From an uncultured Chloroflexia bacterium (GTDB taxonomy: Bacteria; Chloroflexota; Limnocylindria; Limnocylindrales; CSP1-4), in assembly GCA_963810725.1 (NCBI GenBank), contig CAWEOO010000008.1, forward strand, positions 57,081 to 121,080: 64,000 nt of DNA, given 5' to 3'. The notes under the pieces were generated by a model, which saw nothing but the letters and a program-made list of their open reading frames with translations, did not search any database and was not told the DNA's origin. This document shows, piece by piece, positions 55,304 to 63,823 of this stretch. Position 1 is the first letter of the stretch. Every line of letters begins with the position of its first letter. The position numbers and the translations under genes were made by a program.

Positions 55304-56572
55304 ATGGGCACCAGGGTGACCGTCGTCGGCGGCGGCAGCACGTACACCCCGGAGCTGGTTGACGGCTTCGTGCGCCGCGCCGAACGCCTCCCGATCGACG
55401 AGCTCGTCCTGCTCGATACGGACGCGGAGCGCCTCGAGATCGTCGGTGGCCTGGCCCAGCGGATGCTGGACCGGCTCGACTGGACCGGCCGGCTCCAGCT
55501 GACGGGCGACCGCGACGCGGCCCTCGACGGCGCGGACTTCGTCCTGTTCCAGCTCCGGGTCGGTGGCCAGGCCGCGCGGCTCGTCGACGAGACGCTGCCC
55601 CTGCGGTTCGGCGTCATCGGCCAGGAGACGACCGGTGCCGGTGGCTTCGCCAAGGCGATGCGGACGGTGCCGGTGGTCCTCGAGCTCGCCGAGCTCGTCA
55701 ACCAGCGATCGGCGCCCGATGCATGGATCGTCGACTTCACCAACCCGGTCGGCATCGTGACCCAGGCCCTCGTCGATGCCGGGCATCGGGCGATCGGGTT
55801 GTGCAACGTCGGCATCAACCTCCAGCGCCGGATGGCCACGCTGTTCGACGTCGAGCCGGATCGGGTCGAGTTGGAGCACGTCGGGCTCAACCACCTGACC
55901 TGGGAGCGCGCGGTCCGCGTCGACGGCGTCGACCGGCTGCCCGAGCTGCTCGAGACACACGCCGAGATGTTCGCGGATGAGTTCCGTCTGCCGGTCGACA
56001 TGATCCGCACCATCGGCGCGATCCCGTCCTATTACCTGCGCTACTACTTCCTGACCCGCACCGTGCTCGAAGAGCAGCGCACGGGCCACACCCGGGCACG
56101 GGACGTGATGGACATCGAGGCCCGTCTGCTGGAGCTCTACCGTGACCAGTCGCTCGCCGAGAAGCCGGCACTGCTGGACGACCGCGGCGGCGCCTTCTAC
56201 AGCGAGGCCGCGGCGCAGCTCATCGCATCGCTGCACGACGGGGCGGGCGACATCCAGATCGTGGACGTGCGCAACGATGGGGCGCTCCCGGACCTTCCCG
56301 ACGCCGCCGTGGTCGAGATCCCGGCGCGCATCGATCGCGACGGGGCGCATCCTCTGCCGCTCGCCCCGCTGGCCCCAGAGCAGCGCGGCCTGGTCCAGGC
56401 CGTGAAGGCGTACGAGGAGCTGACCGTGGCCGCGGCGACCTCCGGCGATCGCACGATGGCGGTCCGGGCACTGGGCGCGAACCCGCTCGTGGGGCCCGAG
56501 GTCGCCCGCCCATTGCTCGAGGCGATACTCGAGGCGGACCGGGAACACCTCCATCGCTTCGTCAGGGTCTGA
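55304..56572 (+). CDS. Glycoside hydrolase family 4 enzyme (6-phospho-beta-glucosidase, ChbF/CelF-like)
   Basis: ATG 55304 is preceded by GGGAGGG. MGTRVTVVGGGSTYTPELVDGF... has the NAD-binding N-terminus of GH4. Other family motifs are NFTNPVGIVTQA-like (VDFTNPVGIVTQAL), GLCNVGIN and HVGLNHLTW. The outer ATG is at 55292. Confidence 0.85.
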   Translation: MGTRVTVVGGGSTYTPELVDGFVRRAERLPIDELVLLDTDAERLEIVGGLAQRMLDRLDWTGRLQLTGDRDAALDGADFVLFQLRVGGQAARLVDETLPLRFGVIGQETTGAGGFAKAMRTVPVVLELAELVNQRSAPDAWIVDFTNPVGIVTQALVDAGHRAIGLCNVGINLQRRMATLFDVEPDRVELEHVGLNHLTWERAVRVDGVDRLPELLETHAEMFADEFRLPVDMIRTIGAIPSYYLRYYFLTRTVLEEQRTGHTRARDVMDIEARLLELYRDQSLAEKPALLDDRGGAFYSEAAAQLIASLHDGAGDIQIVDVRNDGALPDLPDAAVVEIPARIDRDGAHPLPLAPLAPEQRGLVQAVKAYEELTVAAATSGDRTMAVRALGANPLVGPEVARPLLEAILEADREHLHRFVRV

Positions 56573-56634
56573 GCCCCGGCGCGACGCACCTGCAACACGG
56601 CGAGCGGGGTCCGTCACCCGCGTGATCTGACGCG

Positions 56635-59482
56635 ATGGGGCATGCTTGCGCGCGAATGACCGACTCTTATCGATCGCAGGCCTACCCGATCGACGACCAG
56701 CCATCACCCCGTCGAACGACGCCTGGTTGGATCGCGATCATCGTGTTCGCGTTCCTCGCTGCGGTCGGCATCCTGGGCGCCGTTGGGGTGCTCTCGGTGT
56801 ATGGCTCCCTCACCAGCGATCTCAGGGATCCCGCCGAGCTGACCGAGTACACGCTGCCTGAGGAGACCGTGCTCCTCGACCGGACCGGCGAAGTCGAGCT
56901 GGCCCGCTTCGGCGAATTCAAGCGCGACGTCGTGGCGTTCGAGGACATCCCGCCGATCGTCCTGGACGCGACCACCGCCATCGAGGACAAGACGTTCTGG
57001 GAGAACGCCGGCTTCGACCCGGTCGCCATCATCTCCGCCGGACTCGATTCCCTGCGCGGCAACAGCCGCGGCGCGTCGACGATCACGCAGCAGCTCGTCC
57101 GGGCGCGGCTCCTGGACGAGGAGCTCATGCAGGACCCCGACCGCACGATCGAGCGAAAACTCAAGGAGATCGTCCAGTCCATCCGCGTGACGCAACACTT
57201 CGGGGAGCAGGGCGACGAGGGCAAGCAGGCGATCATCACCGCCTATCTCAACCAGATCTACTACGGCAACCAGAGCTACGGCGTGAAGGCCGCGGCTCGC
57301 TCGTATTTCGGCAAGGAGCTCGACGAGCTGACGCCGGGCGAAGCGGCGGCCCTGGCCGCGCTCCCCAAATCGCCATCCAACTACGACCTGGTCCGCAACG
57401 CGACGGAGAGCTGCGACGTGGAACCGGAGGACGACGCCGCATGTCCCGCGGCCGACAGCCACCTCATCGTCCCAGCCGACGCGATCATCCTGCAGCGCCG
57501 GGACCAGGTCCTCAAGCTCCTGGCGGACGACCGCACCCCGATGTCGAAGGACCAGTACAGCGATGCCGAGCTCACCGCGGACATCGGCAAGGAGCTCGAG
57601 CTCGCGCGCCAGACCACGCCTCGCTGGAGGGCCCCGCACTTCGTCTGGGCCGTTCGCGACGAGCTGACGCTCAAGCTGTGCGGCGAGGACACCGCGTCGT
57701 GCGACTTGCTGGACAACGGCGGCCTGCGCGTCACGACGACGGTGGACCTCGACCTCCAGAAGATCGCCGAGAAGTGGGTCAAGGTCGCGGCGATCGTGCC
57801 GCACAACGGGAACCCCAGGCGGTCCGCCGAGAGGATCGGCTTCGACGAGTACTTGCCGTGGATGCGCAACCTCGAGAACAAGAACGTCCGTAACGGCGCG
57901 CTCGTCGCGGTCGACTACCAGACCGGTGAGCTGGTCGCCTACGTCGGGTCCGCCGAGTACTACGCGAGCAAGAGCAGCCCGGAGTTCCAGCCGCAGTACG
58001 ACGTGGTCGGGCAAGGTTTCCGGCAGCCCGGCTCGGCGTTCAAACCGTTCAACTACGCCGTCGGCATCCACGACGGCACGCTCACGGCCGGCGACATGTT
58101 CATGGACGTCGGCACGGACTTCGGCGGCGGGTACACCCCCAACGATGCCGACAACCTCGAGCGCGGCCCCGTCCGGTTGCGCAGCGCCCTCCAGTTCTCG
58201 CTCAACATCCCGTCGGTCAAGGCGATGGCCGTCAACACCCCGGACCATGTCTTCGCGCGGGCGAAGGACTTCGGGATGACGTTCCAGAGCGACACGACGG
58301 ACGCCGGCCTGGCGCTCGCGCTCGGCGTGGCCGAGACGAGGCCGATCGACCTGGTGTCGGCGTACGGCACCCTCGGGAACGGCGGCAAGCGCATCCCGCC
58401 GACGACGATCCTGTCGATCAAGGACCGGGCGGGCAAGGATGTCGGGGACCCAGTCACCCCGCCCGAGGCCACCGAGGTGGTCAGCCCGCAGGCGGCCTGG
58501 ATCGTCACGGACATCCTCAACGGCAACACGAACCGGCGCATCAATCCGTTCTGGGGCGAGTTCGCCATCACGGGACCGGGCGGCGACCGCCGGCCGGCCA
58601 CGCTCAAGACGGGCACGAACAACGACGCCAAGGACCTCAATGCGTACGGCTACATCGCCCCGCCGACCGAGGAGGGCCGCACGGCTGGTGCGTATGCGCT
58701 CGCCGTCGGGGCGTGGAACGGCAACAGCGACAACACGCCCGTCTCGACGGCCGATGCCCCGGTCTTCTCGATCGACGTCTCCACCTTCGTCTGGCAGGGA
58801 TTCCTGCAGGAGGCGAGCGCCGAGTGGGAGATCACGCGGATTCGAGCGACCGGACGGCCTGACCCAGGTGGCGATCGATCCGTTCACGGGGCTCCTGCCG
58901 GCGGCGGGTAGCGACGGGGTCGACGAATGGTTCATCGGCGACAGCGGCCCGGACGCCCGCGTAGAGGGCGATACCTGCGGCGAGAAGGTCCTTCCGGTCG
59001 CCGGCCACGAGCGCAAGTTCGACAACTGGCTCGACGCGGACCGCGACTGGATCGCCCGGGCCGAACGCGGCCCCGGGACGAGAGGCGGGCCGGAGAACAC
59101 CCGGACGGCGTACTTCTACAACAACCAGTTCCACCCGTACGGCCGCACGTGGGGCGTGATCGTCGGTGGTGACGGCTGCGGCTCCCCCAGCCCGTCGCCG
59201 AGCTGCTTCATCACCCCGACCCCCGACCCGAGCGGAGCCGTTCCGTCGTTCGCGCTGCCGTCGCCGACCGGCTCGGAGGCGGTCGCCCAGCCCTGCCCGA
59301 CGGCGTCGCCGACCGAGAGCCCGTCCGTGGAGCCCACCCCGACACCCGAGCCGACGCCCCCGCCCGAGCCAACGCCGACACCAGAGCCGGAACCCACCCC
59401 CGAGCCGACACCGGTCCCCGAACCGTCGATCGCGCCCCAAGGGTCGGCCCCGCCGGTCGACGCCGCCTCCACACCGCCCTGA
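56635..59482 (+). pseudogene. Class A penicillin-binding protein (glycosyltransferase GT51 + transpeptidase), apparent +1 frameshift before C-terminal extension
   Basis: It has a TM anchor and GT51 motifs (AIEDKTFWENAGFD, GASTITQQL). Transpeptidase motifs are SAFKPF, SLN and KTGT. The frame changes at atcacgCggattcgag (about 58834-58840). The second frame continues GFERPDGLTQVAIDPFTGLL...WIARAERGPG... and a PT-rich tail to 59482. Confidence 0.8.
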
Positions 59483-59508
59483 CGCCCGCCCTCACCGGCC
59501 CTGATCCG

Positions 59509-60291
59509 GTGATCGAGCTGCGAGGCGTGACGGTCCGCCGCGCGGGCCGGACGATCCTGGGTCCGCTCGATTGGGCCGTGGGCGAGGGGGAACGCTGGGT
59601 CGTGCTCGGGCCGAACGGCAGCGGCAAGACGACCCTGCTGTCAGTCGCGTCCATGAACCTGTGGCCCACCACCGGCACCGTCGACGTCCTCGGTGAGCGC
59701 TACGGCCGGACGGATGCACGCGAGCTTCGGCGACGCGTCGGGTTCGCCGGCTCCGCCATCGAGGCGGCGATGCGCCCCGACCTGACGCCGGAGACCCTGA
59801 TCATGACCGCGCGCCACGGCGCGTTCGAGCCGTGGTGGCACGTATACGACGACGCCGACCGCGACCGGGCCCGGCAACTCGGGGAGCGGATGGGCCTGGC
59901 CGATCACCTCGACCAGGACTTCGGGACGTTATCGGCCGGCGAACGGCGGCGCACCTCCATCGCGCGGGCACTGATGCCGGACCCGGACGTGCTGATCCTG
60001 GACGAGCCGATGGCCAGCCTCGACGTCGCGGCCCGCGAGCTGCTGCTGGCCGATCTCGAATCGCTGGCTCGGGAGCCTGGGCTCCGCGCGATCCTGCTGG
60101 TCTCGCACCACCTCGAGGAGATCCCGTCCGGGTTCGGACAGGCGCTCGTGCTGCGCGATGGTCGCGCCCTGGCGGCCGGGCCGAGTGCATCCGTCATCCG
60201 GGACGAGGTCCTGAGCGAGGCCTTCGGCATCCCGTTGCGGGTGGAGGGCCGCGACGGCCGCTGGACGGCGAGGATGCGACCAGGCCAGTGA
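59509..60291 (+). CDS. ABC transporter ATP-binding protein without adjacent permease (ModF/YlmA-like)
   Basis: 260 aa with a GTG start. Walker A is GPNGSGKTTLL, the signature is LSAGERRR and Walker B is ILDEPMASLD. The LWPTTGTVDVLGERYGRTDARELRRRVGF segment is typical of this orphan-ATPase group as I recall it. Confidence 0.75.
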   Translation: MIELRGVTVRRAGRTILGPLDWAVGEGERWVVLGPNGSGKTTLLSVASMNLWPTTGTVDVLGERYGRTDARELRRRVGFAGSAIEAAMRPDLTPETLIMTARHGAFEPWWHVYDDADRDRARQLGERMGLADHLDQDFGTLSAGERRRTSIARALMPDPDVLILDEPMASLDVAARELLLADLESLAREPGLRAILLVSHHLEEIPSGFGQALVLRDGRALAAGPSASVIRDEVLSEAFGIPLRVEGRDGRWTARMRPGQ

Positions 60292-60342
60292 CAGCCCGGT
60301 GCGCGACACGCGAATGTCACGAGTCCGGCGCACCATGACCTC

Positions 60343-61920
60343 GTGAGCACCTCCGCGTCGGCGTTGCGCCCTCTTGCCCCGGCCCATCCCGCGATCTCGC
60401 GCGTCCACGCAGCCGCCGCCGGGGCTGTCGCGGCGGCCGTCGCGTTGGGGCTGTCGGAGCTGATCGGGGCGGTGCTGGCGGGCGCGACCTCGCTCGTCGC
60501 GGCGGTGGGACAGGTCGTCATCGACCGCCAGCCGCCCGGCGCCAAGGACCTGGTCGTGGCGCTGTTCGGCACGAACGACAAGGTCGCCCTCGAGGTCGTC
60601 GTGGTCCTCGCGTCCCTCGCGTTGGGTGCGGGTCTCGGAATCCTCGCAGTCCGCCGGTTCGCGGTCGCGGCAGCAGGCTTCGCGGTGTTCGGGGTGCTCG
60701 GATTCCTGGCGGCCCTGGGTGATCCGCTCGCGACGCCGGCCCTCGTCGCCGGCCAGACGGTCGTGTCCGTCGGGCTCGCGGTGCAGTCGCTGTCCTGGCT
60801 CCTGGCGCGGGCTCCGGCGGCGTCTGCCGAACCCGGTGTCGACGCCCGGTCGAACCCGGCCCGCCGCTCCTTCCTCCTGCGGACCGCTGCCGTCGGGATC
60901 GGCGCGCTCGTGGCCGGCATCGCTGGACGCAGCCTGCTCAACGGGTCGCGCACCGCCCCGATCGCGGCCGCCGACCTGCCGCCCGCCTCGGAGACGGTGC
61001 CGCCCCTGGCGGGTGGCGCGGATCTCGCGCCGACGACAACCGGCCTGACACCGATCGTCGTCCCCAATGACCAGTTCTATCGCATCGACACCGCCCTGCT
61101 GGTCCCGAGCGTCGACGTCTCGACGTGGACGCTGCGGATCCACGGCCTGGTGGAGCGGGAGACGACCCTGACCTGGGACGAGCTGCTGGCCCTGCCGATG
61201 TTCGAGCAGTACGTCACGATCGCGTGCGTCAGCAACGAGGTCGGTGGCGGGCTCGTCGGGAATGCGAAGTGGACCGGGGTCCGCCTGCGCGACGTGCTCG
61301 ACATCGCCGGCGTCTCGTCGTCGGCCACGCAGCTCGTGGGTCGATCGGTCGACGGGTTCACCGCCGGCATGCCGACCGCCTGGGTCATGGACCCGTCGCG
61401 CGAGCCGATGATCGCGGTCCAGATGAACGACGAGCCCCTGCCACCCGCGCACGGCTACCCGGCCCGGCTGATCATCCCCGGCCTGTACGGCTACGTGTCC
61501 GCGACGAAATGGCTCGCCGAGCTGGAGCTGACGACGCTCGAGGTCTTCGACGGCTACTGGGTGCCGCTCGGCTGGGCCAAGGAGGCACCGATCCTGACCC
61601 AGTCGCGGATCGACACGCCGCGCGGCGGATCGCTCGCCGCAAGTCGGGTGCCGATCGCCGGCATCGCCTGGGCGCCGGACCGCGGTATCGACAGGGTCGA
61701 AGTGGCGATCGACGGGGAGTGGCGCGAGGCGCACCTCTCGGCCCCGATCTCGGACGCGACCTGGGTCCAGTGGGTCGTCGCCTGGGACGCGACGCCCGGG
61801 CGCCACACCGTCACCGTCCGCGCGACGGACGGGACCGGTCAAGTCCAGGAAGAGCGGCCGTCGCCGCCCGCCCCGGATGGTGCCCGTGGCTGGCATGCGA
61901 TCACGGTGGACGTGTCCTGA
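60343..61920 (+). CDS. Membrane-anchored molybdopterin-dependent oxidoreductase (sulfite-oxidase family)
   Basis: 525 aa. About 5 N-terminal TMS are followed by the Oxidored_molyb domain (FYRIDTAL...TLTWDELLALP...YVTIACVSNEVGGGLVGNAKWTGVRL), which includes the Moco-ligand Cys. A C-terminal Ig-like dimerisation domain follows. Confidence 0.8.
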   Translation: MSTSASALRPLAPAHPAISRVHAAAAGAVAAAVALGLSELIGAVLAGATSLVAAVGQVVIDRQPPGAKDLVVALFGTNDKVALEVVVVLASLALGAGLGILAVRRFAVAAAGFAVFGVLGFLAALGDPLATPALVAGQTVVSVGLAVQSLSWLLARAPAASAEPGVDARSNPARRSFLLRTAAVGIGALVAGIAGRSLLNGSRTAPIAAADLPPASETVPPLAGGADLAPTTTGLTPIVVPNDQFYRIDTALLVPSVDVSTWTLRIHGLVERETTLTWDELLALPMFEQYVTIACVSNEVGGGLVGNAKWTGVRLRDVLDIAGVSSSATQLVGRSVDGFTAGMPTAWVMDPSREPMIAVQMNDEPLPPAHGYPARLIIPGLYGYVSATKWLAELELTTLEVFDGYWVPLGWAKEAPILTQSRIDTPRGGSLAASRVPIAGIAWAPDRGIDRVEVAIDGEWREAHLSAPISDATWVQWVVAWDATPGRHTVTVRATDGTGQVQEERPSPPAPDGARGWHAITVDVS

Positions 61921-61982
61921 TCCCCGGGAGCCGCCCAGCGCGGTGCAGCCGGCCGCGGCTGGAATCGGTATAGATTCAAGAC

Positions 61983-62564
61983 ATGCCGCGCCGCCGCTAT
62001 ATCTTCGATCCGCCCCAGCGATTCGTCGCGGGCACGATCGGCGATCCGGGCAATCGGACGTTCTTCCTGCAGGCGCGCGACGGTGGCCGCGTCGTCTCGG
62101 TCGCGCTGGAAAAGGTCCAGGTCGCGGTCCTCGCCGAGCGCCTCGGCGACCTGCTGGGCGAGCTTGATCGGCGGGGCGTGCCCCACGGCGTCCCGGACGA
62201 GGCGCTCCCGGAGGTCGCCACCGGCGTCGACGACGACGCGGCGCCCCTGGACGAGCCGCTCGTCGAGGCGTTCCGCGCCGGCTCATTGACGCTCGGCTGG
62301 GATCCGGATGCCGAACGCGTCCTCCTGGAGGCGCGCGCCCAGGACGAGGACGGCGAAGCGATCGATCCCGACGAGGACGACGACGAGGACGAGGATGGAC
62401 CGGATCTGCTGCGGGTGCGCCTGACCGCGGAGGCGGCCCGGTCATTCGTGGCGCGGGCCGCCCGAGTCGTCGCCGGTGGCCGGCCGCCGTGCCCGCTGTG
62501 CGGCGCGCCACTGGATCCGCGCGGTCATATCTGCCCGCGCCGCAACGGCCATTACGTCAACTAG
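61983..62564 (+). CDS. DUF3090 family protein
   Basis: 193 aa. It has FDPPQRFVAGTIGDPGNRTFFLQARDGGRVVSVALEKVQVAVLAERL, an acidic run (DEDGEAIDPDEDDDEDEDGPD) and a C-terminal Cys/His cluster (CPLCGAPLDPRGHICPRRNGH). This matches my recollection of DUF3090/TIGR03847. Confidence 0.75.
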   Translation: MPRRRYIFDPPQRFVAGTIGDPGNRTFFLQARDGGRVVSVALEKVQVAVLAERLGDLLGELDRRGVPHGVPDEALPEVATGVDDDAAPLDEPLVEAFRAGSLTLGWDPDAERVLLEARAQDEDGEAIDPDEDDDEDEDGPDLLRVRLTAEAARSFVARAARVVAGGRPPCPLCGAPLDPRGHICPRRNGHYVN

Positions 62565-62583
62565 CCGGGGCGAGGGACACGGC

Positions 62584-63312
62584 GTGCCGGACCGCGCCGC
62601 CACGCTCGAGGTGTTGCGTGATGGCGTGGTCACGGTGGTCGGTCGCGTCATCGGCTCCAGCAACAACGCCCTGCTGGTGACGGTCGCCTGCCCGGACCCT
62701 GTACCGGTCGACGGCCTGGCCGCCATCTACAAGCCGACGGCCGGCGAACGTCCACTCGACGACTTCCCGGACGGGACCCTGACCCGCCGCGAGGTCGCCG
62801 CCTGGCACGTCTCGGAGGCGAGCGGCTGGGACATCGTCCCGCCGACCGTGTTGCGCGACGGGCCGTTCGGGGAGGGCATGGTCCAGGCCTACGTGGAGCC
62901 GGACCCGGCGGTCGACGTCGTCGAGCTGATCACGTCGGCGGACCCGCGCCTGCGGCGGATGGCGGCGCTGGACGCGGCCATCAACAACACCGACCGCAAG
63001 GGCGGGCACATCCTCCCGGTCGACGGCGGCCGGCACATCCACGGCGTCGATCACGGGGTCTGCTTCTCGCCCGTGCCGAAGCTCCGGACGGTGCTCTGGG
63101 CGTGGCGCGGTCAGGACCTCGCGCCGGACGAGCTCGACGGCCTCACGCGCATCCGCGACGGTCTTGACGGGGAACTCGGGGCGACGCTGCGGACGCTCCT
63201 GGGGCGCACCGAGGTACGGGCCACGATCCGGCGGGTGGATGCGTTGCTGGCGAGCGGGCGGTTCCCGCTCCCCTCGCCGACCTGGCCGGCGATCCCCTGG
63301 CCCCCGTTCTAG
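62584..63312 (+). CDS. SCO1664-family protein (distant PI3/PI4-kinase-like fold)
   Basis: GTG 62584 has GAGGGA upstream. It has SSNNALLVTV...AIYKP..GERPLDDFP...REVAAWHVSEASGWDIVPPT, a catalytic-loop-like AINNTDRKGGHIL and a GVDHGVCF segment. This matches my recollection of TIGR03843. Confidence 0.75.
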   Translation: MPDRAATLEVLRDGVVTVVGRVIGSSNNALLVTVACPDPVPVDGLAAIYKPTAGERPLDDFPDGTLTRREVAAWHVSEASGWDIVPPTVLRDGPFGEGMVQAYVEPDPAVDVVELITSADPRLRRMAALDAAINNTDRKGGHILPVDGGRHIHGVDHGVCFSPVPKLRTVLWAWRGQDLAPDELDGLTRIRDGLDGELGATLRTLLGRTEVRATIRRVDALLASGRFPLPSPTWPAIPWPPF

Positions 63313-63373
63313 GGCGGAACGACGTCGGCGAGGCCCGCTTATCGGACCTCGCCGAATGGACGCAGGGTGGGGC

Positions 63374-63823
63374 CTACGCTCGGCCGAACGCCGCCTTGAT
63401 GCTGGGCTGCATCAGGTAGTACAGGATGATCGCCGAGATGGCGACGCCGATGATCTGGCTCGAGATATCGCTTCCACCGATCACCGAGAGCACGGCCAGG
63501 GCGATGCTGAGGGCCTGGAGCGCGACACCGAGGGTCCACGCCCACGGCTGCAGGGTCCACGCGCCATAGGCGAAGGCAAGGCTCGCGATGCCGGACGCGA
63601 GAATCAATAGACCGAAGATCGCGCCGAGGCCGAAGAGGGCCGCCTGGCCGGTTGACGCGGCACCGACGCCCCCGAGTCCGATCAGGGCGATGCCGGCAAT
63701 GATGCTCAGGACGCCGCCGATCGCGGACAGCACCGCGAGGATGGTGATCCCCATCGGGCGCGCTCCGCCGGTCGTCGGCGCAGGTGCCGGCGGCGGTGGC
63801 GGGGTCATGGTCGGTTCTGTCAT
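63374..63823 (-). CDS. Integral membrane protein, Gly/Ala/Ile-rich
   Basis: 149 aa. A Pro-rich N-terminus is followed by 4 TMS (ITILAVLSAIGGVLSIIAGIALIGLGG, ALFGLGAIFGLLILASGIASLAFAYGAW, WAWTLGVALQALSIALAVLSVIGG, IIGVAISAIILYYL). Confidence 0.6.
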   Translation of the reverse strand: MTEPTMTPPPPPAPAPTTGGARPMGITILAVLSAIGGVLSIIAGIALIGLGGVGAASTGQAALFGLGAIFGLLILASGIASLAFAYGAWTLQPWAWTLGVALQALSIALAVLSVIGGSDISSQIIGVAISAIILYYLMQPSIKAAFGRA

